Of a DNA stretch of 64,000 bases, positions 1-8,652 are shown piece by piece. Each line of letters opens with the position of its first letter. Position 1 is the first letter of the stretch. Source of the stretch: Candidatus Eiseniibacteriota bacterium (GTDB lineage: Bacteria; Eisenbacteria; RBG-16-71-46). The notes beneath the pieces are model-generated. The model searched no databases. It was given only the letters and a program-made list of their open reading frames with translations, and was not told where the DNA came from. The stretch is taken from NCBI GenBank assembly GCA_963725865.1, contig CAVSAC010000014.1, positions 352,001-416,000 on the forward strand, given 5' to 3'. Position numbers and translations under genes: made by a program.

Positions 1-1486
1 ATCTCGCCGCCCCCACCGCCATCTTGGGTGTGCAATCTGGGTCTATGCTCACATCGCACGAATCCACGGCCACGAAATACATCAGCCACTGGCCGAGATT
101 GATCGGGTCCTCCATCACGAACGGGTCGCGGAGCTGCTGGCCGTCGAAGTTCCCTGGGTTCTTGCTGGCCCACGGAATATCGGGCGCAGTCAGGACGACA
201 TCATCGGCGGGCTCCCAGGTGATGAGGTCGGTCGAGGTCGCCCTGCCGATGCGCTGATTGCGCCGAAACACTCCGAGCTGGGGCTGCTCGACTCGCACGC
301 CGGTGTAGAACATCCAGAACGTCGGCCCGCGCTGGACGATGGTCGGCGCCCAGACGTGGAACTCGTCGAACTTGCCCGACCGCACCTTCAGCGCACATGT
401 ATCGGCGCGGCTCAGACCGCCACAGGGAGTCATCGGACAGTCCGGGTCCTGCCGGCAGGGGCCGTACCAGGAGTTGAAGTTGGTGGTGTAGATGTGGCCG
501 ATGCTCTTCTCGTTCAGGTCTGGGAACGGCCCAATGCCCGTCGTATCGTCGTACCAGTAGTTGTGGCGGATGTAGAAGAGGTGGAGGGCGAATCGACTGG
601 TGGATTCGTCCACGAATCCCCGCGTGAACGCGAAGTCCTTCGGCTGGATCACGTAGAGCTGTCCTGTCGGCGGCGGGGAGAGCAGTTCCTCGAAGAAGCG
701 CGCCCCACAGCTCTGCGGGCTCTCGGACGCGGGCTCGTTGTCGGCAGCAAGCGTGGCCCCCGAGACCGCCCCCATCGGCGAGCCGACCGTCACCTGGCAC
801 TCGGGCAGCAAGGCCGCTACCGACGCGACCCCCGTCACCGAACCGTCGGTCCGCGATGTCACACTGAGCGGCAGGCTCCAAGACGAGTCCGGCGCCATGA
901 TGCTCATCGTGTTCGCCGCGTTCAGCCCGAACCCGATCGCGGTCACCTGCAGTTGCAGCGACCGATGGACGCTGAAGGCGTGTAGCACCGCCGCCGGATA
1001 CTCCCCCCACGCTCCGCCATTGAACGTGGCTTCGTTTGATTCGACGACCAGCGTGGAATCGTCCGGATCCAGCGCCACCGCCTTGAATCGCCCTCGACTC
1101 TCCGCCGGCAGGTCCAGCAGGTACTCGGCGATCGTGGCGATCGGTCCTTCGTCCGAGCAGAACTGGATCGTGCGCAGATGCGCGGCGCTGTCCGCGGGCG
1201 TCGATGGTCCGTCGACCGCCGACACCTGCGCGAGATTCTCCTCACACGCGAACTGCGCGTCGATCGGCACCGGACTGATGTCGGTGCTGCCATCGGCGAC
1301 CCACAGCAGCCGCCACTCCGAGGGCAAGCGCTGCTCGCTCGAGTCCGACTGCACCACCAGCGTGCAGCGCGTCGCTTCCGTGAAGCTCAGCGTGGTGGCG
1401 CCGGAGCCCCAATGGAGCTGCAGCGCGAACGACGGGCGTGGAATCAGCATGGCCATGAGCAATAGAACCCCGAGGACGCGGCACAT
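1..1486 (-). CDS. Secreted five-bladed beta-propeller glycoside hydrolase-like protein (GH32/GH43-like), 3' end beyond the window; paralog of 11225-13352
   Basis: Absent from the ORF track because the frame runs off the window. Read manually from ATG 1486 (GGAGG RBS 7 nt upstream): MCRVLGVLLLMAMLIPRPSFALQLHWGSG...YVIQPKDFAF...HVWAPTIV...QLRDPFVMEDP. Signal peptide; KDF, WAP and RDP motifs match the paralog. Confidence 0.8.
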   Translation of the reverse strand, partial: MCRVLGVLLLMAMLIPRPSFALQLHWGSGATTLSFTEATRCTLVVQSDSSEQRLPSEWRLLWVADGSTDISPVPIDAQFACEENLAQVSAVDGPSTPADSAAHLRTIQFCSDEGPIATIAEYLLDLPAESRGRFKAVALDPDDSTLVVESNEATFNGGAWGEYPAAVLHAFSVHRSLQLQVTAIGFGLNAANTMSIMAPDSSWSLPLSVTSRTDGSVTGVASVAALLPECQVTVGSPMGAVSGATLAADNEPASESPQSCGARFFEELLSPPPTGQLYVIQPKDFAFTRGFVDESTSRFALHLFYIRHNYWYDDTTGIGPFPDLNEKSIGHIYTTNFNSWYGPCRQDPDCPMTPCGGLSRADTCALKVRSGKFDEFHVWAPTIVQRGPTFWMFYTGVRVEQPQLGVFRRNQRIGRATSTDLITWEPADDVVLTAPDIPWASKNPGNFDGQQLRDPFVMEDPINLGQWLMYFVAVDSCDVSIDPDCTPKMAVGAAR

Positions 1487-1815
1487 GGAACGGCCTCCAT
1501 TCTACTGCCGGTGAGGCGTAGCGCGGCCGTCGCGTCGATGGAGTGCGCGCGACGGCGACAAGCGGGTGTGAGGGCAGAGACCGTGCGCGAGGGCGAGGGG
1601 CCCGAGGCAGGACGACGGCACGGCGGCGGACATGATCAACGCCTGAGGCGAAGGGCCGCGCGAGTGAGGGTGCCGCGCGCGCGAGGTTGGTGGCTCGCGC
1701 GCAAGCAGTGTCCGCCCGCGACCGGGGGGGGGGGCAAGCGGTATTCGTTGCGGGATGGAGAAACGTCCTGCTCCCGCCGGCTCTCACGACTTCGGGATGC
1801 CTCGCCTTGCCGCTA
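995..1815. repeat. Direct repeat copy 1: non-coding leader plus 5' coding module
   Basis: Shares blocks with 12860-13725, e.g. gggccgcgcgagtgagggtgccgcgcgcgcgaggt, cggcacggcggcggacatgatc, cgggatggagaaacg, ctcacgacttcggg, cctcgccttgccgcta, and a near-identical first ~165 codons. Confidence 0.9.
1724..1734. repeat. G11 homopolymer in the putative promoter region of the 1-1486 gene
   Basis: acc-ggggggggggg-caag seen directly; absent at the equivalent position of copy 2. Confidence 0.7.
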
Positions 1816-1913
1816 TGGGAGTCCGTGCCGCGCGACGCTGTGCGTGCGGCAACGCGAGAGGCCGGAGCGTGTGTCCACGCCCCGGCCCTCGCCGTCCACG
1901 CCGATGACGGCGC

Positions 1914-3083
1914 TCAGCGCGCGCGCACGCTCAGGAACTCGTGCATGCTCTGCAGCGCGATCTGGATGTTCTCGAGGCTGTTCGCGTACGAAAAGCGGAT
2001 GTAGCCCTCCCCCCACGCGCCGAACGAGGTGCCCGAGAGGCACGCGACGCCGGCGTCCTGGAGCAGCGCCTCGGCCAGCTCGGCGCTCTTCATGCCGGTG
2101 CCGGTGATGTTCGGCCACGCGTAGAACGCGCCCGCCGGCATGTGGCAGCGCACGCCGGGCAGCGCGTTCAGGCCCTCGACGATCGCCTTCCGGCGCTTGA
2201 GGAACTCGGTCACCATCGCCTTCGCCTCGTCCTGCGGTCCCGTCAGCGCCGCCATGCCGGCCTTCTGCGTGAACGTCGCGGTGCACGAGGTGACGTTGGT
2301 CTGCAGCCGCGCGCACGCCTGGGCGAGCGACTTCTCCATGATGCCGAAGCCCAACCGCCAGCCGGTCATCGCGTAGGTCTTCGAGAACCCGTCGAGCACG
2401 ATGGTGCGCTCGGCCATGCCCGGCAGCGAGGCGATCGAGACGTGGCGGCCGTCGTACTGGATGCGGCCGTAGATCTCGTCCGACAGGATGTAGAAGCTGT
2501 GCTTGCGCGCGATCGCCGCCAGCCCCTCGACGGTCTCGGGCTTGAGCACCGAGCCGGTCGGGTTGTGCGGCGAGTTGAGGATCACCAGCTTGGTGCGCGC
2601 GGTGATCTTGGACTCGAACTCCTTGAGGTCGATGTCGAAGTCGTGCTTCTCGTCGAGGCTGTACGGCACCGCGCGGGCGCCGAGAAAGTTCACGACCGAC
2701 TCGTAGATCGGGAAGCCGGGGTTCGGATAGAGGACGTCGTCGCCCTCGTCGACCAGCGCCTGCATGGCGAAGAACATGATCGGCTTGCCGCCCGGCACCA
2801 CCACCACGTTCTCCCAGTCGCACGGGATCCCGCGCTCGGCCTTCCAGATCTGGGCGATGGTCTTGCGGAACTCGGGCAGGCCGGCGGCCGGCCCGTAGTG
2901 CGTGAAGCCCGCCTCGATCGCCTCGGCCGCCGCCTTGCGCACGTGCACCGGCGTGTCGAAGTCGGGCTCGCCGATCTCGAGATGGACGATCTTGCGCCCC
3001 TTGGCCTCGAGGGCGCGCGCCTTCTCGAGGACCACGAACGCGGTCTCGGTCCCCAGGCGGCTCATACGCTGAGCGAACGACAT
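1914..3083 (-). CDS. PLP-dependent aminotransferase class I/II (aspartate aminotransferase-like)
   Basis: IGEPDFDTP, NSPHNPTG, SDEIY and the PLP-lysine motif GFSKTYAMTGWRLG; GAGGAGG RBS before ATG 3083. Confidence 0.93.
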   Translation of the reverse strand: MSFAQRMSRLGTETAFVVLEKARALEAKGRKIVHLEIGEPDFDTPVHVRKAAAEAIEAGFTHYGPAAGLPEFRKTIAQIWKAERGIPCDWENVVVVPGGKPIMFFAMQALVDEGDDVLYPNPGFPIYESVVNFLGARAVPYSLDEKHDFDIDLKEFESKITARTKLVILNSPHNPTGSVLKPETVEGLAAIARKHSFYILSDEIYGRIQYDGRHVSIASLPGMAERTIVLDGFSKTYAMTGWRLGFGIMEKSLAQACARLQTNVTSCTATFTQKAGMAALTGPQDEAKAMVTEFLKRRKAIVEGLNALPGVRCHMPAGAFYAWPNITGTGMKSAELAEALLQDAGVACLSGTSFGAWGEGYIRFSYANSLENIQIALQSMHEFLSVRAR

Positions 3084-3093
3084 CGGTACCTCC

Positions 3094-4719
3094 TCACGGA
3101 TCCGGCGGCGGCCCATACGTGGGGGCTGTCCGAGTGCGCGCGCGGCGGGTCCAATCGAATGTCCACAGCAGCCGCGGTGGCTTGTCCGCCGCGGCGGTCA
3201 TCTCGAGCGTGGCGCGCAGCGCGCCTCCGCCGGCCGGCAGGCCGAGCTCGAGGCGCGTGCGCGCCCCGGCGCCGGAGAGTGCTCTGAGCACCAGCCGATC
3301 GCTCCCGGCCTCGGGCAGATACACGGTCTCGCCGCTGCGCACGCGGAAGACCGCGTGCGTGAGGCGAATCGTCGGTCGCGGGGAGGCACCGGCGTCGATG
3401 CGGACGATGGTCACCGCGCGCACCGCCGCGCGCAGCACCGCGCGCTCGCCCCATACTTCGTGGCGCAGCGCGAGGGCGAGCCCGGGCGCGGTCGCGCGCC
3501 ACTCGCCCCACAGTCCTTGCCGGAACCCCGCGGCGCGCGAGGGCGGCTCGCGCCGCGCCCCGTGCTGCTCCTCGAGGCCGAGGATCAGGGCCCCATGTTC
3601 CGCCAAGTCCCGGTCCACTTCAAGCGCGCCCCGGGCGCCCGCGACCTGCGGGCGGAAGCGCCACAGCGCCCCGGACGCGGCGAGCCGCCACGGTCCTGAC
3701 GCGCGCCGGACATCCGTGGCCAATGCCTGCGCGGGACCGCTCCGGCGAGGCTCGGCGAGCGACCGGAACGCGGCCAGTCCGCCGCGGGCGCGCAGCACCA
3801 GGACGCCGTCCTCGAACGGTCGCACCAGCGCGCCTTCGGCCCGCCAACGCCCGCCCGCGTCCATCGCGAACTCGAGGTCGGCCGGCTCGCGCAGCAGGCT
3901 CACGCTGCCCTGGCCGCGACCGCCGCGCGCACCCAGCGCGCCGAGCCCGAAGCCGCCCGCGCTGAAGCCGCCGCCGGCGAGCTGCCGGCGCGCGAAGCGG
4001 CCCGCCATCAGCTCGAGCGAAGCACCGCCGCGAGCGCGCCGAAACGCGGCGCCCTCGCCGGCGCGGCCGCGGAACGCCGCGCCGCTGCCACGGTCGCGGG
4101 CCGCGTTCCCCCACGGGTCGGCCGCCGCGCCCAGCACCAGCCCGCGACCCCAGCGTGGCGCCAGCCGCCCGACCCGCATCGCGCCGCCCGCAATTGCGCC
4201 GTCGACGGTGGCGCCCGCGAGCGCGTCGCCGCCGCCCTCGCGCGCCGCACCGCGCATGCCGTCGCCGCGGAAGCGCACGCGCCGCGTCCGCCGTGGCGCC
4301 TCGCCGGGGCGCGCGCTGGCGCCCACGCCGACCTCGAGCGCGTCGTCGTCGAGCGTGTCGGCAGGCTCGTACTCGTAGTCCTGGCCCTCGACCCCCTCGG
4401 GCGGCGGCTCGATCGGCGCGCCCTCCGTCGTCGGCTCGAGCGGCGCGCTTTCCGTCGTCGGCACGACCGGCTCGCTCTCCGTAGTCGGCTCGATCGATCC
4501 GCCCTCCGTCGTCGGCACGACCGGCGCGCCCTCCGTCGTCGGCTCGAGCGGCGTGCCCTCCTGTGCGATCGCCGGCAGCGCGGCGAGCACGCGGAGCATC
4601 AGCGCCAGCAGCGCCGCCGCGATCGCCAGCGCGAGCGCGACGCGCGCGTGCGCGGCGAGCGCGCGCGGCGTGCGGCGCGCGGGTCGTTCGCGCGCGATGC
4701 GCGAGGGTCGCCGCCTCAC
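3094..4719 (-). CDS. Exported putative outer-membrane protein resembling the barrel region of FCB-group ComEA/helix-hairpin-helix proteins, with an N-terminal acidic repeat
   Basis: GTG start overlaps the upstream stop (GTGA); signal peptide ending AIA-Q. GRLAPRWGRGLVLG and ETVYLPE...LSGAGARTRL resemble motifs I recall from that family; amphipathic beta-strand pattern. Confidence 0.55.
   Translation of the reverse strand: MRRRPSRIARERPARRTPRALAAHARVALALAIAAALLALMLRVLAALPAIAQEGTPLEPTTEGAPVVPTTEGGSIEPTTESEPVVPTTESAPLEPTTEGAPIEPPPEGVEGQDYEYEPADTLDDDALEVGVGASARPGEAPRRTRRVRFRGDGMRGAAREGGGDALAGATVDGAIAGGAMRVGRLAPRWGRGLVLGAAADPWGNAARDRGSGAAFRGRAGEGAAFRRARGGASLELMAGRFARRQLAGGGFSAGGFGLGALGARGGRGQGSVSLLREPADLEFAMDAGGRWRAEGALVRPFEDGVLVLRARGGLAAFRSLAEPRRSGPAQALATDVRRASGPWRLAASGALWRFRPQVAGARGALEVDRDLAEHGALILGLEEQHGARREPPSRAAGFRQGLWGEWRATAPGLALALRHEVWGERAVLRAAVRAVTIVRIDAGASPRPTIRLTHAVFRVRSGETVYLPEAGSDRLVLRALSGAGARTRLELGLPAGGGALRATLEMTAAADKPPRLLWTFDWTRRARTRTAPTYGPPPDP
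4390..4551 (-). repeat. Six tandem 27-bp coding repeats (9-aa unit P[LVI][EV]PTTE[GS]x)
   Basis: PLEPTTEGA/PVVPTTEGG/SIEPTTESE/PVVPTTESA/PLEPTTEGA/PIEPPPEGV = 162 bp. Confidence 0.9.
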
Positions 4720-5597
4720 GGCGCCGCTCCCCCACCCAGCATCAGCGAGAGCCGCGCGGTCTCGCCCAGCACCGGATGGCTCTCGACGCTCGCCGCCACG
4801 CCGACGCCACGCGCGCGTGCCGCCAGCCCGAGAGTCGCGCGCAGCGGAGCGTCGCGCGCTTCGGCCCACACCGAGGCCGGCCCCGCGGCCAGCACCAGCC
4901 CGCCCACGCTGGTGCCGCCCCCCGGATCGCGCGAGACCGGCGCTTCACGCGCGAGCCACACCTGGGCGGGGCCCGCGACCATCGACACGCCGACGATCAA
5001 CGGGCGCGGCAGCGGCGGCGACTCGCCCGCGCGCCACACCTGGGGAGCGCTCGCCCAGAGCGTGGCGCCGCCCGCAGTCGCGAGCCAGGCGCCAGCGCCC
5101 GCCTCGAGGCCCACGCCGGCGCCGAGGCGCGTGAGGCGCTCGCCCGGCATGCGGTCGCGACGCGCGACTCCGCGCAGCGCCGCACCGCCGCGCGCGCTCG
5201 CCACTCCGAGTGCGGCGCCGGCGGCGTTCCAGCCCAGCTCGGCGTCGCCGGTCTGCGACAGGCCGGCGCCTGCGCGCAGCGCGCGCCACCCGCCGCCGAG
5301 CGCCACCGCGCGGGTGGTGAGCCCCGGCACCGCGTGCCACGAGGTGGTGGCGCATGCGAGCGCGAGCCCGCCGCGCGGCGAGGGCCAGCCCGCATCGATC
5401 AGCGCGAGCGGCGAGCGTGCCGCCGCCGGCGCCACGCCGGGCGCGGGCGCGTCGAAGTCCTGCGGGTGCGCGGCGGACGCGAGCGCGAGGACGAGCATGA
5501 ACGCCAGCGCGCTGGCGCGCGAGCGTGCGGCCCGTGTACGGACGTGCGCGAGCGCAGCCCGCGCGCCAGCGCTCCAGCGACGCTCACGCGCGCTCAC
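4716..5597 (-). CDS. Putative outer-membrane beta-barrel protein (PorV/PorQ-like size and pattern)
   Basis: GTGA coupling to the upstream gene; signal peptide (FMLVLALASAAHP-Q); alternating hydrophobic strands; C-terminal ESHPVLGETARLSLMLG. Confidence 0.55.
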   Translation of the reverse strand: MSARERRWSAGARAALAHVRTRAARSRASALAFMLVLALASAAHPQDFDAPAPGVAPAAARSPLALIDAGWPSPRGGLALACATTSWHAVPGLTTRAVALGGGWRALRAGAGLSQTGDAELGWNAAGAALGVASARGGAALRGVARRDRMPGERLTRLGAGVGLEAGAGAWLATAGGATLWASAPQVWRAGESPPLPRPLIVGVSMVAGPAQVWLAREAPVSRDPGGGTSVGGLVLAAGPASVWAEARDAPLRATLGLAARARGVGVAASVESHPVLGETARLSLMLGGGAAP

Positions 5598-7228
5598 GGT
5601 TCCACCCCGTCCACGCGCAGCGCGCGGGTCTCGGTGAGCGTCGCGCCGCCGCTGCTCGCGCGCGCGCGCAGCGCCACCACGTAGAGCCCGGGCCGCAGCG
5701 CCACGGCATCCCAGTCGAGCGTGCCGCGCGCCGGCACCGCAGCGTCGTCGAGCGCCCGCGCCACGCGGCGGCCGGCCAGGTCGTACACGTCGACCGCCGC
5801 GACCGCGCGAGGCCACGGCAGCTCCCACGCCAGTCGCGCATGCGTCGCGCCCGGGCGCAGGCGGCGCGGCGCGACCTCGAAGCGCGAGGCCAGCGCGGCG
5901 AGGCTCGCCGGTGGGCCCAGCGGCGTGCCCCCGCTTTCGAGCGCCGGCCACCAACCGCCCTCGCGCCACTCGAGCGGAACGCCGGCCGGCACGCCGGCGG
6001 CGGAGTAGTCGACGCGCACGCACGCCGCGCCGTCCTCGCGCAGCACCACCGCGTCGGCCACGCCGCTCGAGTCGTCGCTGTTGTTGAGCGCGGGCCACGG
6101 AGCACCCTGCCAGACCCGGCGCGGATCGAGCGCCGGGAAGCGCGCGAGCAGCGCCGCGCGATCCTGCGCCAGCACCGCCAGGCTCTCGGGCTCCAGTGCG
6201 CCGTCGCCGCCCGTGAGCTTCGCGCGTGTGCTGCCGCGATCGGACAGCGTGAACGCGGTCAGGTCGAGCGGCGCGCCGGAGGCGTTGCGCACCTCGACCC
6301 ACTCGCCCTCGGCGGCCGCAGGATGGAACTGGATCTCGGTCACCGCCAGCGCGCACGGTCCGACCGCGAGCGCCAGCGAGTCGGCGTCGTCGGCCGAGGC
6401 CTCGTCACCGGCGAGCCGCACCGTGGCCGTCAGTATCCAGCGTCCGGCCGCAAGCGGCGGCAGGTCGAGCGCGAACGCCGCCGTGTCGCCCGGCAGCAGC
6501 GCGCCGAGTGAGAGCGGCGGCGCCGTGCGGGCGTCCGCGCCCACGCGTGCCACGACCTCGATCGCCGCTGCCCCGGCGGCGAGCGTGTCGGTGCCGGCGT
6601 TGGCGACCGCGCCCGCCAGCCGCGCGGGCACATCAGCGTCGGGCCGCTCGGGAGTCACCGCCAAAGATCCCGCCACCATCGCCGCGTCGCGCCGCGCGAG
6701 ATTCGCGCGCCCCGGCGACGGCGTGGCGCCGCGGAAGTCGAGCGCGTTGCTGCCGAGGTCCGCCAGGTCGGGCACGCGAGCGAGCGACTGCCCCGACGCC
6801 ACGTCGGGCGCCGCGGCGCCGCAGAAGTACTCGGGGAACTCGTGCACACCCCAGCCCGCCACCTCGGTGGCGCCGTCGGGCCACACCAGTCGCATCGCGT
6901 CGGGCCCGTTCTGCAGGTCGAGCGTCACGGTGGCATCCGGCGCGGGCAGCACGTTCGCGCCGCCGATCACGAAGCGCGCGCCTGCGCGCAGCGTGTCGCG
7001 CGCGGTGCCGGTCCACTTGAGCGTCCAGCGCGCGGTGCCCGAGCCGTCGCCGGCCTCGAGCCGCAGCCCCGCGAGCGGGAACGGCGCCGCGCCCGGGTTG
7101 AACAGCTCCACGAACTCCCAGCCGGTGTCATCGCCGGGCGCGTCGTAGTACACCTCGGTCACGATCGGATGCGCGACCGGCGCGCAGGCGGCGAGCGCCA
7201 GCGGCAGCGCCAGCACGAGAGCGGGCAT
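5594..7228 (-). CDS. Secreted protein with two lamin-tail domains, a CARDB-like Ig domain and a FlgD/T9SS-type C-terminal domain
   Basis: IVTEVYYDAPGDDTGWEFVELFNP and AVTEIQFHPAAAEGEWVEVRN (LTD signatures); C-terminal VYDLAGRRV...PGLYVVALRA. Confidence 0.8.
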   Translation of the reverse strand: MPALVLALPLALAACAPVAHPIVTEVYYDAPGDDTGWEFVELFNPGAAPFPLAGLRLEAGDGSGTARWTLKWTGTARDTLRAGARFVIGGANVLPAPDATVTLDLQNGPDAMRLVWPDGATEVAGWGVHEFPEYFCGAAAPDVASGQSLARVPDLADLGSNALDFRGATPSPGRANLARRDAAMVAGSLAVTPERPDADVPARLAGAVANAGTDTLAAGAAAIEVVARVGADARTAPPLSLGALLPGDTAAFALDLPPLAAGRWILTATVRLAGDEASADDADSLALAVGPCALAVTEIQFHPAAAEGEWVEVRNASGAPLDLTAFTLSDRGSTRAKLTGGDGALEPESLAVLAQDRAALLARFPALDPRRVWQGAPWPALNNSDDSSGVADAVVLREDGAACVRVDYSAAGVPAGVPLEWREGGWWPALESGGTPLGPPASLAALASRFEVAPRRLRPGATHARLAWELPWPRAVAAVDVYDLAGRRVARALDDAAVPARGTLDWDAVALRPGLYVVALRARASSGGATLTETRALRVDGVEP

Positions 7229-7454
7229 GTGGCTTCCGCGCGGGAGCGGGTGCGGCGAGGCGAGGGCGCGGATGCGGGGTGCCGATGAGTCGGGCAATCA
7301 CCGTGCCGCGCGGGCTGCGGCGCCGGGGGCTGACGCGGCGCCACAGCGCCGCGCGGCCGGCGCGATGGCCGCGGGACGCCACCGGCGCGCGAGCCCGCGC
7401 GCCCCGTGCGCTCGCCCATGGACAGCGGGCCCGCGAACGTGGAATCTCCCGCCC

Positions 7455-8595
7455 ATGATCCTGGCTTCGCTGCTCCCCGGCATCGCCGGCGCGCTGATCG
7501 TGATGGTCGTCCTGTGGGACGCCTTCGAGACCATGCTGGTGCCGCGGCGCATCGGGCGGCGGGTGCGCCTGACGCGCTACTTCTACATCGCGAGCTGGCG
7601 CCTGTGGCAGGCGGTGGCGGGGCGCATCCGCAAGCCGTCGCGGCGCGAGTACCTGCTGGGCTTCTACGCGCCGCTGTCGCTCATCCTGCTGCTGGTGTGC
7701 TGGGCGAGCGGGCTGATCGCGGGCTTCGCGCTGCTCCAGCTCGCGCTCGGCGGCGCCACCGGCGAAGCGCCGCGCCACCTGGGCACGCTGCTCTACATGA
7801 GCGGCGAGACGTTCTTCACGCTCGGCTTCGGCGACATCGTGCCGTCGACCGGCTGGGGGCGCGCGCTCTCGGTGCTGGAGTCCGGGACGGGCTTCGGCTT
7901 CCTGGGCACCGTGATCGGCTACCTGCCGACCGCGTACTCGGCGTTCTCGCAGCGCGAGATCGAGATCTCGCTGCTCGACGCGCGCGCCGGCTCGCCGCCC
8001 ACCGCGGCCGAGTTCCTGGCTCGCACCCGTGCCGCCGGCGAGCGCTCGCTGCAGGACGAGTTGCTGCGCGACTGGGAGCGCTGGTCGGCGCAGGTGCTGG
8101 AGACCCACATCTCCTACCCGCTGCTCGCCTACTACCGCTCGCAGCACAGCAACCAGTCGTGGCTCGGCGCGCTCACCGCGATCCTCGACTCGAGCGCGCT
8201 GATCGTGGCCGGCATCGAGGGCATGCCCTCGGAGCAGGCGCAGCTCACGTTCGCGATGGCGCGCCACACGCTGGTGGACGTGACGCAGATCTTCGTGCCG
8301 CACTACACGCCCGCGCGCGCCCGAGCGCCTGGGCGCCGACGCGCTGCGGCGGCTGCGCGAGCAACTCGCCGAGGCGTCGATCCGGGTGCCCGATTCACCC
8401 GAGTTCGTGGAGCGGCTGACCGCGCTGCGCAAGCTGTACGAGCCGTACGCGCAGGCGCTCGCCGCGCACCTGATGCTCGAGCTGCCCGGCTGGCTGCCCG
8501 CCGACGGCCATCGCGACAACTGGCGCGGCGGCCCGTGGGACCGCCAGCTCGGCACCCGCGAGACGACGGTGTTCCCGGGGGACGAGCATTTCTGA
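7455..8595 (+). CDS. Potassium channel family protein (Ion_trans_2), with a frameshift near 8315
   Basis: TM helices and pore motif SGETFFTLGFGDIVP. The C-terminus (PERLGADALRRLRE...YEPYAQALAAHLMLELPGW) continues in the +1 frame after a gcgcgcgc run, to TGA at 8595. Confidence 0.8.
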
Positions 8596-8652
8596 GGGGA
8601 GGAAGATGGTGGAGGGCGGAGCGGAGATCCGTAGGAAGCGCTTCTCGGGCAT

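Noticed and set aside
1502..1633. 43-aa upstream ORF (MSAAVPSSCLGPLALAHG...) in the repeated leader, with a counterpart starting at 13542
   Set aside because: In copy 2 an indel changes its length and it runs out of frame into the main gene; the similarity is explained by DNA-level duplication, and there is no clear RBS.
4390..4551. Possible CRISPR array
   Set aside because: Contiguous in-frame 27-bp coding repeats with no unique spacers and no cas genes.
7455..8595. Calling the four frameshifted genes pseudogenes
   Set aside because: No further stops or decay and intact motifs on both sides of each shift; assembly error is more parsimonious, so they are listed as CDS.
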